Shown here piece by piece: positions 25,401 to 38,187 of a stretch of 64,000 nucleotides of DNA. The position numbers were made by a program, and so were the translations under genes. Position 1 is the first letter of the stretch; every line of letters begins with the position of its first letter. This DNA is from Dimorphilus gyrociliatus (Eukaryota; Animalia; Annelida). Under the pieces are notes generated by a model. It did not search any database. It was not told where the DNA came from and saw nothing but the letters and a program-made list of their open reading frames with translations. Where the stretch lies: the NCBI GenBank assembly GCA_904063045.1, contig CAJFCJ010000008.1:1540097-1604096 (forward strand). The letters run 5' to 3'.

Positions 25401-28400
25401 TCTTTATTTTTATCTTTACGTTCTAAATCTTTTAGTGTTTAATATTCTACTATTCATTCTACCTATTTTACACTTCTTTCAAGGTTTTTTTATTTGTTTA
25501 AAGCAAAATGTATAATAAAAAATTCATGCTCTTTTCATTCGCCGATATAAAGTGAAAGTCATTTTGCAACTCACTCGTACTATTTATTGTATATGGGTCC
25601 GCAATTTTTTCCTAATTCTTTATTCATTATCTTAGGGGGAAAAAAGAGGTATTGAGACGAAATTTAATACTTCTCGTTATTTTTAAATTTAAGGTTATCT
25701 ATTGGTATTGCTTGATGGTTTCATGTTTTTAATTTATGAATTTTTGATTTATTAGAGTCCTCAACTATAAGATATAATAATAGAAAATAGTATAATTTCT
25801 AATAATATGCAAATATTATAATATTATAATATTTCTATTAAAGCTATTCAAAACATTTAATGCTAATACCTTTAAATATTGTTATAACTAAACATGCTTT
25901 TATTCATTCGTTTCAAAGTTTGTAATTTCAGTAAAAGTTTAACTCTTTTTTTAGCATTACCATCGAAAGCAGATAATGACTTTATGGCGTGCGTAAGGAT
26001 AAGTAATTCGCACGTTTCCAATGATTAAAAATGGTTAAGCAGGGACTGATTATTATAGAACACTTGGAAATATACTTTTAACCTTTTTCCTATTATAAAC
26101 GCTCATAATAGATAGATTGTGAAATTTATTATTCAAAGAGATACCTTTCACCATACGGAGTACTATAAAATTATTATATATGCAGTAAAATAAATAGAAT
26201 TGAAGCTAAAGTCTTATAGAGCACATTTCTCTTTTATAATATTGTAAAGTATCAATAAAGTGGCTGTTGAAACGTACGTTATTCGTTTTGTTTTTTTCCG
26301 ATTTCTTTCCCTGTTTCTTTTCAGATTATAAGAAATATATTTCATCTTACATTTTTTAGCAGGTTTATCTACCAAAATTATTAGTATTTAGATATAATAT
26401 ATATCCAAATGAATAGACAGAATAAACAAAAAAATGGAGATTACATCTAATAAAAAATAAGCAAAAGAGAGACAAAAAGAACTAATATGGAAATACTACT
26501 AATTTATTTTTCGACAAGTCATACTTCTCGGACAATCTGACTTTAAGTTATAAGGTTTATTAGAGTTTAACGAAGCTAATAAATTAGAATTTAATTACAT
26601 TATAAAATATTGATTTTCTTTTCTCTTTCTTTTCTTCTTCCACTGTAATCATTATGAACGTTTTGATATTAGATATTACTAAACATATCTTTTGAAGACA
26701 TTACTGCTTTTTCTTTTCTTATTTTAATATTTAATGATAATAACAAGAAATAATATATATTCTAGTATAAAGAACTTTTTTTTAAAGAATTTGGATTGTT
26801 ATTTATATATCTTTCATGAGTTATATTAGTATATAGTATTATATCATTTTTAACAATAATTTTTATTTTAAACAATGGCATGGAAATTGAAATAAAGTCT
26901 AATAAATTATTTAAAATTGTAAATAAGTAATGCAAACTATTGATTGATCAGATTATCATTGTAGATTTAAAATATGAAATAGTACCAGACAATTCAATTT
27001 CAACAATACTAAAAGTGAACAAACAGCATTTCTTCTCCTTACCATCTCTTTTAAATATTTACTTTTTAAGAGATTAAAGGTCAACATCTCTGAGTTGTTA
27101 ATATGACATACAATACAGGACACCTAATAGAAGCATCTATATTTTTATAGAAATTAAATTTTCCTTAACTTTGGCATTTGTGATATGTTTTTAATAGAAA
27201 TTAAAATGGAATATAGCTTGTCTACCTTCTGCCAAGAATTAGAAAATTTTTGTTTATTACAATCAAAATAAAAAAATTATTGATTTTTGTAAAAATTTTT
27301 GACTAAAATTGGTTGATTTCTGAAAAGTAGCGGGTGATAAGTATTTGAGAATAATAATTTTCTCACATTTTTTATTACTGATATAAAAAGATTTTTATTT
27401 TTACATTTTGGCCATCTATCATTCCTATGTTACAAATTAATGATAAGCCAGTTTAAAAGCCTCTTTGCAAAAAATATATGATTTTTTCATAAAAATTTTA
27501 CAATTCTCAGCGGAAGACAGACAAGATACGCATATGCTTTCGTTGTTTAATCATCGATTAAGGATAAAATTATTTACTATTATGTTTTTTTACTTCCTTA
27601 ACTATATAATACTATAAAACATAAATGCTAAAGGAACCGTTAGGTTACGTTTATCAAACAAATTGTTAAAGAAAATTAGTATTCTTTAAAATAAAAGATA
27701 AATTTGGCTTTTTAAAGTATTTTATTTTCTGATATTTATATCAATTTCAACATTTAAATGTGCTAACATTGCAGTTAGTTCTATTATGGAAATAAATGTT
27801 CTAGAAGCGCCATCTATAGCTTATAATGCGAAGAGAAGTCCTTTGTTTTTCTTTTCTAAAAGTAAACATGCTTTATCCTCTAGAACAAAATCCAGAACAA
27901 AAATCATTTAAAAAACATATGAAGAACTGTACTATGCAAATTAAAGCAGTTTTTTAAAAATAAAATAACATTCAACGTATTTATTTTAGTTTTACACATC
28001 CTAAAAGTCTTTGTTTTTACTATTTTTAAGTTAAAATAATAATTTAATCAATCAATTAAATTGCTATTTAGAATTTATTTATAAAAGAAACAAACTTTAC
28101 TTAACCGACAGAAATATGTATTCAGCCGTTCTTTATACTTTATTAAAACTTAATATTTTATCATAAATATGATCAATTAGTTCAGTGAAAGGTAGAATAA
28201 TTCAATATATATATATATATATTCTAATATGTATATATTAGTTTATTTATAATCAATTCGTTGTATAAAATTTGATAAATATATTGCTCTCTTCTGGCTG
28301 ATATCGATCTCTTTCTTCATTTAATAATATTCTATGAGAAATATTAAGGATTGTAGTATATTTATAAATATATGTCTATAAATATATATAATACATTTTT

Positions 28401-28739
28401 AGTTGCTATTTATACTTTGAGTACATTAAAGTTAAATGTATTTTCAATGAATATATTTTAATAGATATTGTATTGAATAATAATTCTTGAGGCAAGTGCA
28501 AAAGATAAAGCCCTGCCTTTAGTGTCAAGCTAAGACATAATTTCAAAATAATAGTGCTTTAAAAGTCTTTTTTACTTTTTTATTGTTAAAGATAAAAATA
28601 TCGGTGCAATATTTAGACAATAAACAGAGATATCTACTTTATTTATATTTCTGTAAAAGTGTCTGTCATTTTATATTTGTGAATTAATATTCATTCTTTT
28701 TTATAATTATATAAAAACAACTTCCTTATATGTATGCTT

Positions 28740-29222
28740 TTATTCAAAGCAATTATTTGTACTTTCTAATCTAGTAATGGTATCAGTTGAAGTATAATCT
28801 GGTGGTTTATCGACGTAAGGAGGAGCTGGAACCGGAGTAGAAGTTCTACTAAAAGGTAATCGATCTATTTGGTCTACTCCAAGTGATTCTTCAGTATAAG
28901 GAGGTGGTTCGGAGCGACTTAAGTATTTGCAATAACAGATTCCAATTATATGGATAATTATAAAACACAAAATTAAACCAAACACAGTTAAGAGTATACT
29001 GCTTAGAGAAATAGACTTAACTTTTGAATCGCAGCAAGAATACAAACCAGCTGTGTCTAAGCAGCATTTTCTAAAGGACTTCGGTTGAAAAATTAAAGGG
29101 CATTCAACCAATGAATAGTTACTATAGTTGACAAAATCTTCAACGGTGTCTATAAGTGACAATTCAGACCCTTGTAGTCGTTGTCCTTGCCAAAAGCATA
29201 AACGTTTTGATGACTTATTCAT
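28740..29222 (-). CDS. Shisa-like / WBP1-VOPP1 class single-pass membrane adaptor with PY motifs; N-terminus (signal peptide) unresolved
   Basis: Six extracellular Cys in a C*C*CC*CC pattern, TM segment ILLTVFGLILCFIIIHIIGI, juxtamembrane CYC, cytoplasmic PPPY, PPY and PPDY motifs. Confidence 0.8.
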   Translation of the reverse strand: MNKSSKRLCFWQGQRLQGSELSLIDTVEDFVNYSNYSLVECPLIFQPKSFRKCCLDTAGLYSCCDSKVKSISLSSILLTVFGLILCFIIIHIIGICYCKYLSRSEPPPYTEESLGVDQIDRLPFSRTSTPVPAPPYVDKPPDYTSTDTITRLESTNNCFE

Positions 29223-29714
29223 TTAATATAAAATAGTAAAATTATTTCGAAGAAAAATATGATGTAAGAATTTATTTCAAATATATTCATCAACACTATG
29301 TCTAGAGAGAAGAGATTATCGAAAAGAACAAGAAAGAGTCGACCCCCACATACCAATCCGTACTAAGTTTACCAGAATCATATATCCTTGACCTAATAAT
29401 AGTTTCATATTAGTAAAACTTATTAAGATGGCTATTTTCCACCAGTCTACATTATAGAGACCTGTAGGACTATTCTCTTTCTTTTTAAATTTATCTTTTT
29501 GTAGCATCTGGGCGGGATAAGAGGATAATAGGTGAAGTAGCTATAACAAAAATAATATTATTTAAAAAAAGAAAGAAAAATGTACTATTAGAGAAAAATA
29601 CGTAGGCCTTTTAATACCAGTCTGAAAATACTGGCTATGACCTTTAACCATTAAGTTTTGGAGTCCTGGCATTCTAATGTAAGCACTGTTCTGACGGGAT
29701 AAATGATTGATTAA

Positions 29715-30179
29715 CGTAAACATAGTACAAATCGAATTGGTCCATTTTCTGCTGAATTAAGTAGTTGTGATGAAATTCTTAAGGCATTGGAAGGAGAAGA
29801 AGCTGTAGTGTTACAAAGATTTAATGATAGATTACTGAAGATGAGGGATAACGAAGATATTGATAATATTTTAAATAACTATAGAAACACTCCAGATTTA
29901 TCAATTATTAATTCCAAACAAACTAATAAAATCTTTTCAAGAAAACCTGATCTTTCATTATTCAATTTAAAAAATGTGAAACATGACCTGCTTCGTACGC
30001 CATCTGCTGCCATTAATGATAATGTAAATAACGAAATTCAAATACAACTGACTGATAAAGGAGATAGATCGTCTGTTGAAGAAATATCGAAGAGATCAAT
30101 TGTATCTCAAAAAGTTTCTTCTATCAAACTCAAAGCAAAAATTAAACTTCGAAAGTTTTTCTACTGGAAAAATCATTAA
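29715..30179 (+). CDS. Orphan ORF or terminal exon of unknown function (open from 29715; first ATG at 29841)
   Basis: About 154 open codons in very AT-rich DNA with a hydrophilic, protein-like composition (CDEILKALEGEEAVVLQRFNDRLLKM...). No family recognised. Confidence 0.5.
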   Translation, partial: RKHSTNRIGPFSAELSSCDEILKALEGEEAVVLQRFNDRLLKMRDNEDIDNILNNYRNTPDLSIINSKQTNKIFSRKPDLSLFNLKNVKHDLLRTPSAAINDNVNNEIQIQLTDKGDRSSVEEISKRSIVSQKVSSIKLKAKIKLRKFFYWKNH

Positions 30180-32202
30180 TATTGATAAGTCAGAATCTGA
30201 TTAGATATCAATCGTTATCTTTAATTAATAGTGTAATTCGACTCTGACACGTTCTTTTAGATAAAATTTTATAAATGACAATATTTACGTAATAAATCGA
30301 TTTAAAAGATAATTAAAAATACGAAATACAAAATATAACTATCTAAAGTTTTCTTCTGTTACACTTTGCCTATACATTTTATATTACTCATTTCTATAGT
30401 TTGCATTAGAATAGGCATATATATATATATATACTGTATATATAGAATATATATATTCAACACGTACAAACCATTAGGCTTAACTTTTTTTATTTAAATT
30501 TTATGGCACTCAATAGGACATTGACCAGTATCAAATACTAAAATGTTAATAGTCTTTCAATAATTCACTCGCATCACCCGATTTAACTACATTAAAGAAT
30601 GAAACTCCAGAAAACCTACATTCAAAGTTATTATCAAACAAAATATATATCTACGCGACAATAACGACTCAAGAGAGGTTAAAAGATTTTGTTTAATTAT
30701 TGTAGTAGCTATTAGTAATAAAAATAATTTTAATCTTTTAATATATGGTCTGCAAGTATCTATAATAAATGAGTTTAATCGAATAATTTCTTGTTTGTAA
30801 ACAATGAAAATACAGTGACCTTTTCATTACACCAAATATGACCCTTTTAAGAAATAACCTGCAATATAACTTAAAAACACAAGCAAATCGTAAAATGTAT
30901 TTTTTAAATGTTTGTTAGCCATCGAAAGTTTAATTTGAGAAATAGAGGCGATATAAATGCTCTTTAACAAGGGAGGATTATGCTCTTTGTCCCTTAAAGC
31001 TGAACAGTTTTAAGAACTAAAATATTTCCATTTAAATAGGAATTCTAAATGTTCAAAAAACATTAATCTCTACCTCTATATTAGCTATTTTTGTAAAGTT
31101 TTGTATTAGGTTTCCTTCATGGATCAAAATTGAGAAGTGGGCAAAACTAATATATGGTCCAAACAAAGTTTAACTATGAACCTAGTCAAAAAAATCTATA
31201 ATTCTTTTGTTATGTTCACGGAAGTCAATTTAACTCAACATTTACTAGTATTTACAAGTATACATGTATTTTGTGATGAGAATATTGGTAAAAGAAAATA
31301 ATTCAGTTAAGTGAAAGGTGAAATAAACGACATAGGCATGTAGACAGACATAATGGATACTTTACAAACACACAGACTATAGCCGATTTTTAAACAGAGG
31401 TAGGTTTGCATATCAGATTATGCTAAGAAGCACCACTAGCCAAATTCCTGAGAGGAAACCCGTCTTCGCTGTAAAGAACATGACTTTTCGGATTTCGTCA
31501 TCTCTAAGATACGTACTCTCCCAACTTGTAAACTGCATACATACTTATATTTCAAATACATATAATATACCCATCAACACTTTAAGTTAAGACAAAACTT
31601 CAATTTTACTTCCAGAAAGAATAAAAACAAAAAATATATACACAACGTAACAAGAACAGTACAAAATTACTCCGAGTATATATATGTAACAAAAAAAAAT
31701 AGTACCGTGATTACCACTCATTGCATCAAAAAAATGGCACAAAACTTATTCATTTTCTTTACAAGAAATATAATAAAACACTGATAAAGCTTTAAAAATT
31801 TCTTACATCTTTACAATCATTCATTCCCTGAGCCACTTGTATAAACATAGGTTTAATGTACAATATTGACGACAACTTGAAAACTGAGGAAACATAATTT
31901 TCTTAGGGATACCACTTCATAAATAACGTTAGAGCTCTTCTATTTCATACTCAGGCTCGGTTAACATATGTCAACAGAAGATACATTTTATGTATGCATA
32001 TTCGTGTACAAACATATATATTTACACATTCATTTATTGTAAGAAAATGATCATAGTACAACAGTACATATATATACATATAGATATTTATATATATGTA
32101 CAAGTATCTACGTTAATTCATAAGTACATAGAGTTTATCATATAGATACCCTGAGTTTCAGTTCAAAAATTTCTTGTGATACATATACCTTTATATACCA
32201 AG

Positions 32203-35200
32203 TCAAACAGTCTCCTTTGTATTGTTTAAAGGTGTTAATGAATCTGGTGTCGGGTTAGCGCTAGTTTGTTGCTGGCTCTTTTTGCTCAAGTGTAGCTGAG
32301 GTGACGTTTTCGAACGAATGCAGACGAGGATAAGCGTTAAAAATACGCCGATGATGAAAGCAACAAATGCTATTATAATAACCAATTCCGTTGAGGCACC
32401 GCTAGTTTTCGCCTTTGTGCAATTCAATTCAGACGTTGCGTTTGGTTCGTAAGGCTGTCTTGTAGATTTTTTCTCTGCAAAAGACAAAAGTTCTATATTG
32501 TATCAAATTTTCACACAAAAACTTTACAGACTATAAATACTTGAAAATTCTAGGTTAACTACGTCTATATTTCATCTTTGGAATTTAAAAACAAAGAAAA
32601 TATAGGTTCTGCGTAAACTAGAAATCATTCTTTTTATGTATTATGTTTAAAGCTTAAAATTAGGAAGACAATGACATCTTATGAGAAGTGTTTTACTTGT
32701 CTATAAAATGTATGGTATTGTTCTCTTTTGTAGCAGTAATAAATCAAAATATCCATATACTTTTTTTCTATAACTCCGTCACTATTTATTTAAGACATTT
32801 AAAAATAATCTACAAAATCAGATAAGGAATGATACGTTGACCAAATCCTTTACAGCTATATCCTCCCACCCTCTTTTCTTTATCGAAGTCTCGTGTATAA
32901 AATGCGCAGTTTTTCTTTCAAAGCGAAAAGCTATAACTATTCAGCTATTGATCAAGATTTATAGCAAGACTAATGAAAATTGTCAGTCGAAACAACACAA
33001 GCTCATCGCCAGCGACAGATAAGAAATAAAATTCATTGACGAACAGACAAAAAACATATTAATAACCGTCATCATCGACTATTGAAGCGTGTAATAGTCA
33101 TCATAGAACATTTAATACAGCTGATCAAATACAAAAAATAATAGCAATTATTTCTAGCTGAACAGATATGGAATGAATGCCATAAGTCATTCTCCTTCTA
33201 TAGCCGCTATTTAAAGGTCACATTGTTTTCTTGTGTTATTGCGATTTAAACTCAATGTCAACCTCTTTAAGGAAATCTATGTTCTAAGCCTCTATTTTTT
33301 AATAAATAATCGCTTAATAAGATTTAAAATGCTTTGAAAACCATTTCCTGTGTATGTTAGATACCATTTGCATATATTATACAACTAAAAGTGTTGAAAA
33401 AGCATAGCAATAGTTTACAAATATCTAATTTTTTCAACTTATTGACTAAAGCAATTTTCTGTTTTATACATGAAAAATTAATTTAATACCTTTAACTTTG
33501 CTATTAAATTCGTTCGCTTCCTTTTTATTATAGGTTAATCCTCCACTATAAATAAAAGGGGCTGATCGAATTGTAGGCAGATCTGTCATATTTCGACTCC
33601 TATGACAAAGCTGTTTTTGACTGATGCACGAATCAGGAGATTTTGAGAAATTATTGATGCAGATGCCAACTTGACAAACCAACTCAACAGCATTTGGTGC
33701 GGTCTTAGGAAAGAATTGTTGAAAGATTACTTCAAATTTACGATTTGATAAACTTCTTATCTCGTTCCGACTGATCAGATATTCCGACATACACCTGCGT
33801 TTGGATAAACACCATTTAGAATTGCTATAAACAATTGTAATATTAGATTGTTAAGAATCTTATTCAGTCGAAACTTATAATCTTATAAAATAGAAAACGT
33901 GCTAATGATTTTTTTTAGTAATATATAAAATAAGAAAGAAAATCGCCTCAAGATTAAGAGACATCTTCAGCTGATAAGGATCATTGTCTACAATATAAAT
34001 ACAACTTATATATCAAAACAGCTTGTTTTGTTATTAACACTCGCTGTGTATCTAAATGAAAAAATAGATTACTCTCTATCTCCTAACCACAAAAAACGTT
34101 TTTTCAAATTTCACTTTGCCAGAGGTGAAGGTTAAAATAGACTATTTATGTATGTTACACTCTTATCTGCAAAACTGCCCAATTTACGGAATGAGCAAGA
34201 TTTTTGTTACCCGTTTCAAGAACGGAGTAACTTTCATAATATAAAGTCAGGGAACGATTTAAACTCCTTAAACAATGTTTTCTTTAAAAAATGTTGACTA
34301 TAGAGTCGTACATTTCTATATGAAATAGTTTATCTTAGGTTTTACTGCTCTGGTATGATCTTATATACAATGTTTATATGAGGTGTGAATGTTATATTGT
34401 TTTATGAGAGATGGATTTCAGAATATTTATTATTTTCACTATATTGAAATGAACACCTAGTTATTTCTTGAAAAAATCTAATTGTATGAAATTTAAAATT
34501 TATGCTTATAAAGGTAAATTCCATGAACTGGGCAAGCAAGTTCACAAATAGGGTGTAGCATATACAGTATAAAGCAATGATCTCACATAGACAATGTATA
34601 ATATTTTCCCCATATAGTAGTAGTGAAATGATTTAAAAATGTTTTAAAAACCTGGGTATATCTCATTTTTTGTCATGAAAGGTTTGTTTATCAGATCTAA
34701 TTTTACGACCTAAAAAAGTCTTAAGAAAAGGTAATTCGTATTTCTAAAATTATTAACTTAACTAACACTTCATCTGGTTTAGCAAATTTAATATAAACGA
34801 TACAAAATTCTCGGAATTCTAAAAAAATAGAATAAATCTCTCCTAGCTCACAATTAATTCTTGATATTTCATAGATCGTTTTTTTTCATAGAGCTCTAAA
34901 TGAGACGATCCTGTATAATAAATATGTGCAGACTATCAATTTTTGAAAAACAACATTTTTTCAATAGCTTTATCTGAAATCTCTTTTTAGAATAATGTCA
35001 GAACACTCTTTGTTCTAAATTTAATGACTTCATTAATAATCGATAAATTATGTTATAGATAAATAAAATCTACATACAAGTTGTTGTTAAATATTAGTTG
35101 CTTAAATATTACATTATTTAGCGTAAAAACTCACCCATCTTTGATTAAATACACTCGATCTTTATTGGACTTAAGAAGTTCTATATAACAATTGAAAAGT

Positions 35201-38187
35201 GACGGTCCCAAATCCAAATTAGCCATTTCGGGTTTCTTTATAATGTCCAGATTTACTACCATTGCTGAACCATCGTTAATTATAGCGTCATTCTCATTCT
35301 TCTCACCATCGAAAGAAACATTCATGATAATTGTTTCTTCTTTAAAAGTTTGTTTAACTCTTTGAACACCTTTATTCGAAGTTGGGTAATTACAAACGAA
35401 AGGCATTTGATGTTCAATAGTCCAATTTGAATCTTTACCAGTTCGTCTTCTAACAACGATAGAATTCGAAAAATGCCGTCCATAGTCATTTGTAACAATG
35501 CCACTATCGCATTCTAACATCGTAGAATGTATATCATAACCATTTGCCGATTTTTTCAACTCACATTTGGAATCATTCAAGGTGAAACGGAAATCATCCA
35601 AATTCGGTAGAGCTCTTAATATCAGATAACGCAAAGAAACATCAAAAGCATCCTCCTTGCAAACCAAAATAAAAGAATTTCGAATGCAATCATACATTGT
35701 GCAAAGAGGTTTTTGTTCTAGTTCAGAATTAATAATTGACGCTTTCATCTTGACATAAATAACTTTTGAGATTGTTTTTAAGAAATAAGTTTTTTTAATA
35801 TAGTCGTAAAATTGATCTTGGTTTAGTTGAGATGTATTATTTTCACTCTGGCTAGTTCCAAATTGAAAATCTTCTGGTATAACAACTGGATCAATAATTT
35901 TAGAATTTTCGTCCGATATTACATTTAGACGATGAAAACCAACACCATTTAAATTAATATGATATTTCGTTTTTGATTTGTGTGCTCTCGCGGCCGTTCT
36001 TATGTAAATTTTTGCCTCTATTGGCCCCGAATCTGCTTTTACCGTCACATTCAAAATTACGTTGTCGCTCGTAGGTTGAACATCAAAAATATAAAAATCT
36101 TCAGATTTTTTCGTATGTTTTGAACCTTTATAAATTTTAGTTTCTATTAAGCTGTCTCTTAACCTGCAAAATAGTTTCAATCGTTAAGAGAGCATTTACT
36201 AAATTGAATGCTTGTGTCTTTATGTAATTCAGTTGTAAAGTAATAAAACTTGACAATAAAACTTGAATTATTCTTTAAAATGTGTTCATTTAACTAATTT
36301 CTAAATTTACTGATTCGTATAAAAACGCTCTTAACCGTTTCTTAATGAAAGAAAACAGCTAACATTGTTTCATTGTTGTTTTTTGAAGCTGTATTTCACC
36401 TTAATATTTATGTGGTATCAATAAATTTTGAAAGTTGGGCAGGTTTCAACTGGTATGTAATGTTTATAAAAATGAGAGAGATTAACAAGCGCAAGCAATA
36501 GTTTGTCGTAAATAATCGAAATTTTAGTGTAGCAAGAAATCAATATAAAAAAATTTCCGTAACTCACTTGTAAGCTTTGATGATTTTGTGTGAACTAAAC
36601 TTCGAGCATGTTCTTCCTAACTGTTTGAACTTTTTTCCAGTAAAAGGTTCAATTTCTATATAATCAACTCTTCTTTTTTTAAGATACGTAAATCCTTGGA
36701 TTTGCCCAATATTTCTTTGAACATGACTTTTTAAGCTTGTGAAATTTAATCTTGGTAAGCTGGGATAAGCAAACAGCTCAAACTTCTTATTCTTATAATT
36801 AATGACTCGACTAGTATTGTGATGCTGAAAAAGAGCAGATTTAGTACTTTCAATTTAGTAATCAAAAATCTACCTAATCAAAAAAATTATCAAATTATAT
36901 AGTATAAATTAACTACTCTCAGATAAATCTCCAAGCGTTTAATAATAAATCATAGTTTATGACATTACATTGCTAATTCTTCATTTTAAAAGTACACATA
37001 GTAAGTTTATATGTCCACTGGGAGCTTAACCTACACACGCTCATACAATTTTCTAGATATTTATTTACTATTCCAGCGCTTTTTCACAATTGATGTTGAA
37101 GGAGTAAATAGATGAGCATATTGAACTTCCTATGGTAAAATGTTTTCTTTATATCCCTATTTACTTAATATCATCCTAGTTAAAATAAAATAAGATATAT
37201 AGCTGATTAAGGAATTTCTTAACAAATGCGCTTAGATAGTTATATATATATATGTGTATGTATTAATTATTGTCATTAGTTCCTCCCCCTTCTTTAGAAA
37301 GTAAATATACGAACGGCCTAAGCAACATTATTCATATTATAAAAGACACCCCACGTTATGTCTTTTGTATGAATAGCCTCTTGGTAAATTCTTTCTATGA
37401 ATAGTTAATCAAGTTACTTATGTCGTTATATAATGCATAAAATTGTTTCTTTTTAACAAATAATCCGTTTTACAAAGTTTTAGCGACCACAATATTTATA
37501 AATAATATTATATTATATATAAAATTATTTTGTTTGTTTCATTTAATAGTGTGAGAAATTTGGCTTGCTCATGAAAATTTTATATAGTCTTGAACTACCA
37601 GGATATAAATTAGAATGCGTGTTTTTAAATTCATTTATCCTATTCATGCTGTAAAATTTATGATTTATTGATATATTTATATGAAATCTACTGTACGATT
37701 TCAATATATAACTTACGAGAGATATTAATTTGTTCAGCTGCAACAACTGTCAATATAAAATATATCTATACTTACATATACATTTATCCTCATGCGCTGT
37801 CTCTTCTTTAACCAATCTGTGTTTATCTGCCAATTTATATTATTTCCGCTGAGAATTATGGTTATATTTTTTACATTCCTTTCCTCTGCGAAAGAATGTC
37901 TTTATATTATAAATTGTACATATTTTGATTAGAATATAGTAAACTTTACCTATTAAACGTCTGCTAGCAATTATTCTGACTGTTACATTTAAATATCTTT
38001 TTGAAGGGAAATTAGGAAGATACACAAAGTAAATAGAATCCTGAGAAGATGTTGCGCAATCGTCATCTGAGCGGACGCGTTTAAATTGGAAGGCCTTTAT
38101 GTCTCCCGAGTGTTTTTCATTCTCCCAATAATCGGCCCTCCCGTCCGCCCATAGTGCGATAAGGCAGATGATTAGGATGGATTTCAT
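32203..38187 (-). CDS. TGFBR3: Betaglycan/TGF-beta receptor III (endoglin family)-like protein: signal peptide, orphan domain, ZP module, TM, short tail; 6 exons, 736 aa
   Basis: Exons 38187-37950, 37885-37776, 36824-36568, 36163-35135, 33794-33490 and 32474-32203 are all phase-compatible (2211 nt). Orphan-domain resemblance from memory: CATSSQDSIYFVYL vs CASRG...EVHVLNL, and HVQRNIGQIQGFTYLK vs WARKEYGAVTSFTELK. ZP Cys pattern (FTLNDSKC, LECD, FSNSIVV, FVCNY, LIKDGC, LVCQVGIC), TM VIIIAFVAFIIGVFLTLILVCI, C-terminus ETV. Confidence 0.8.
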
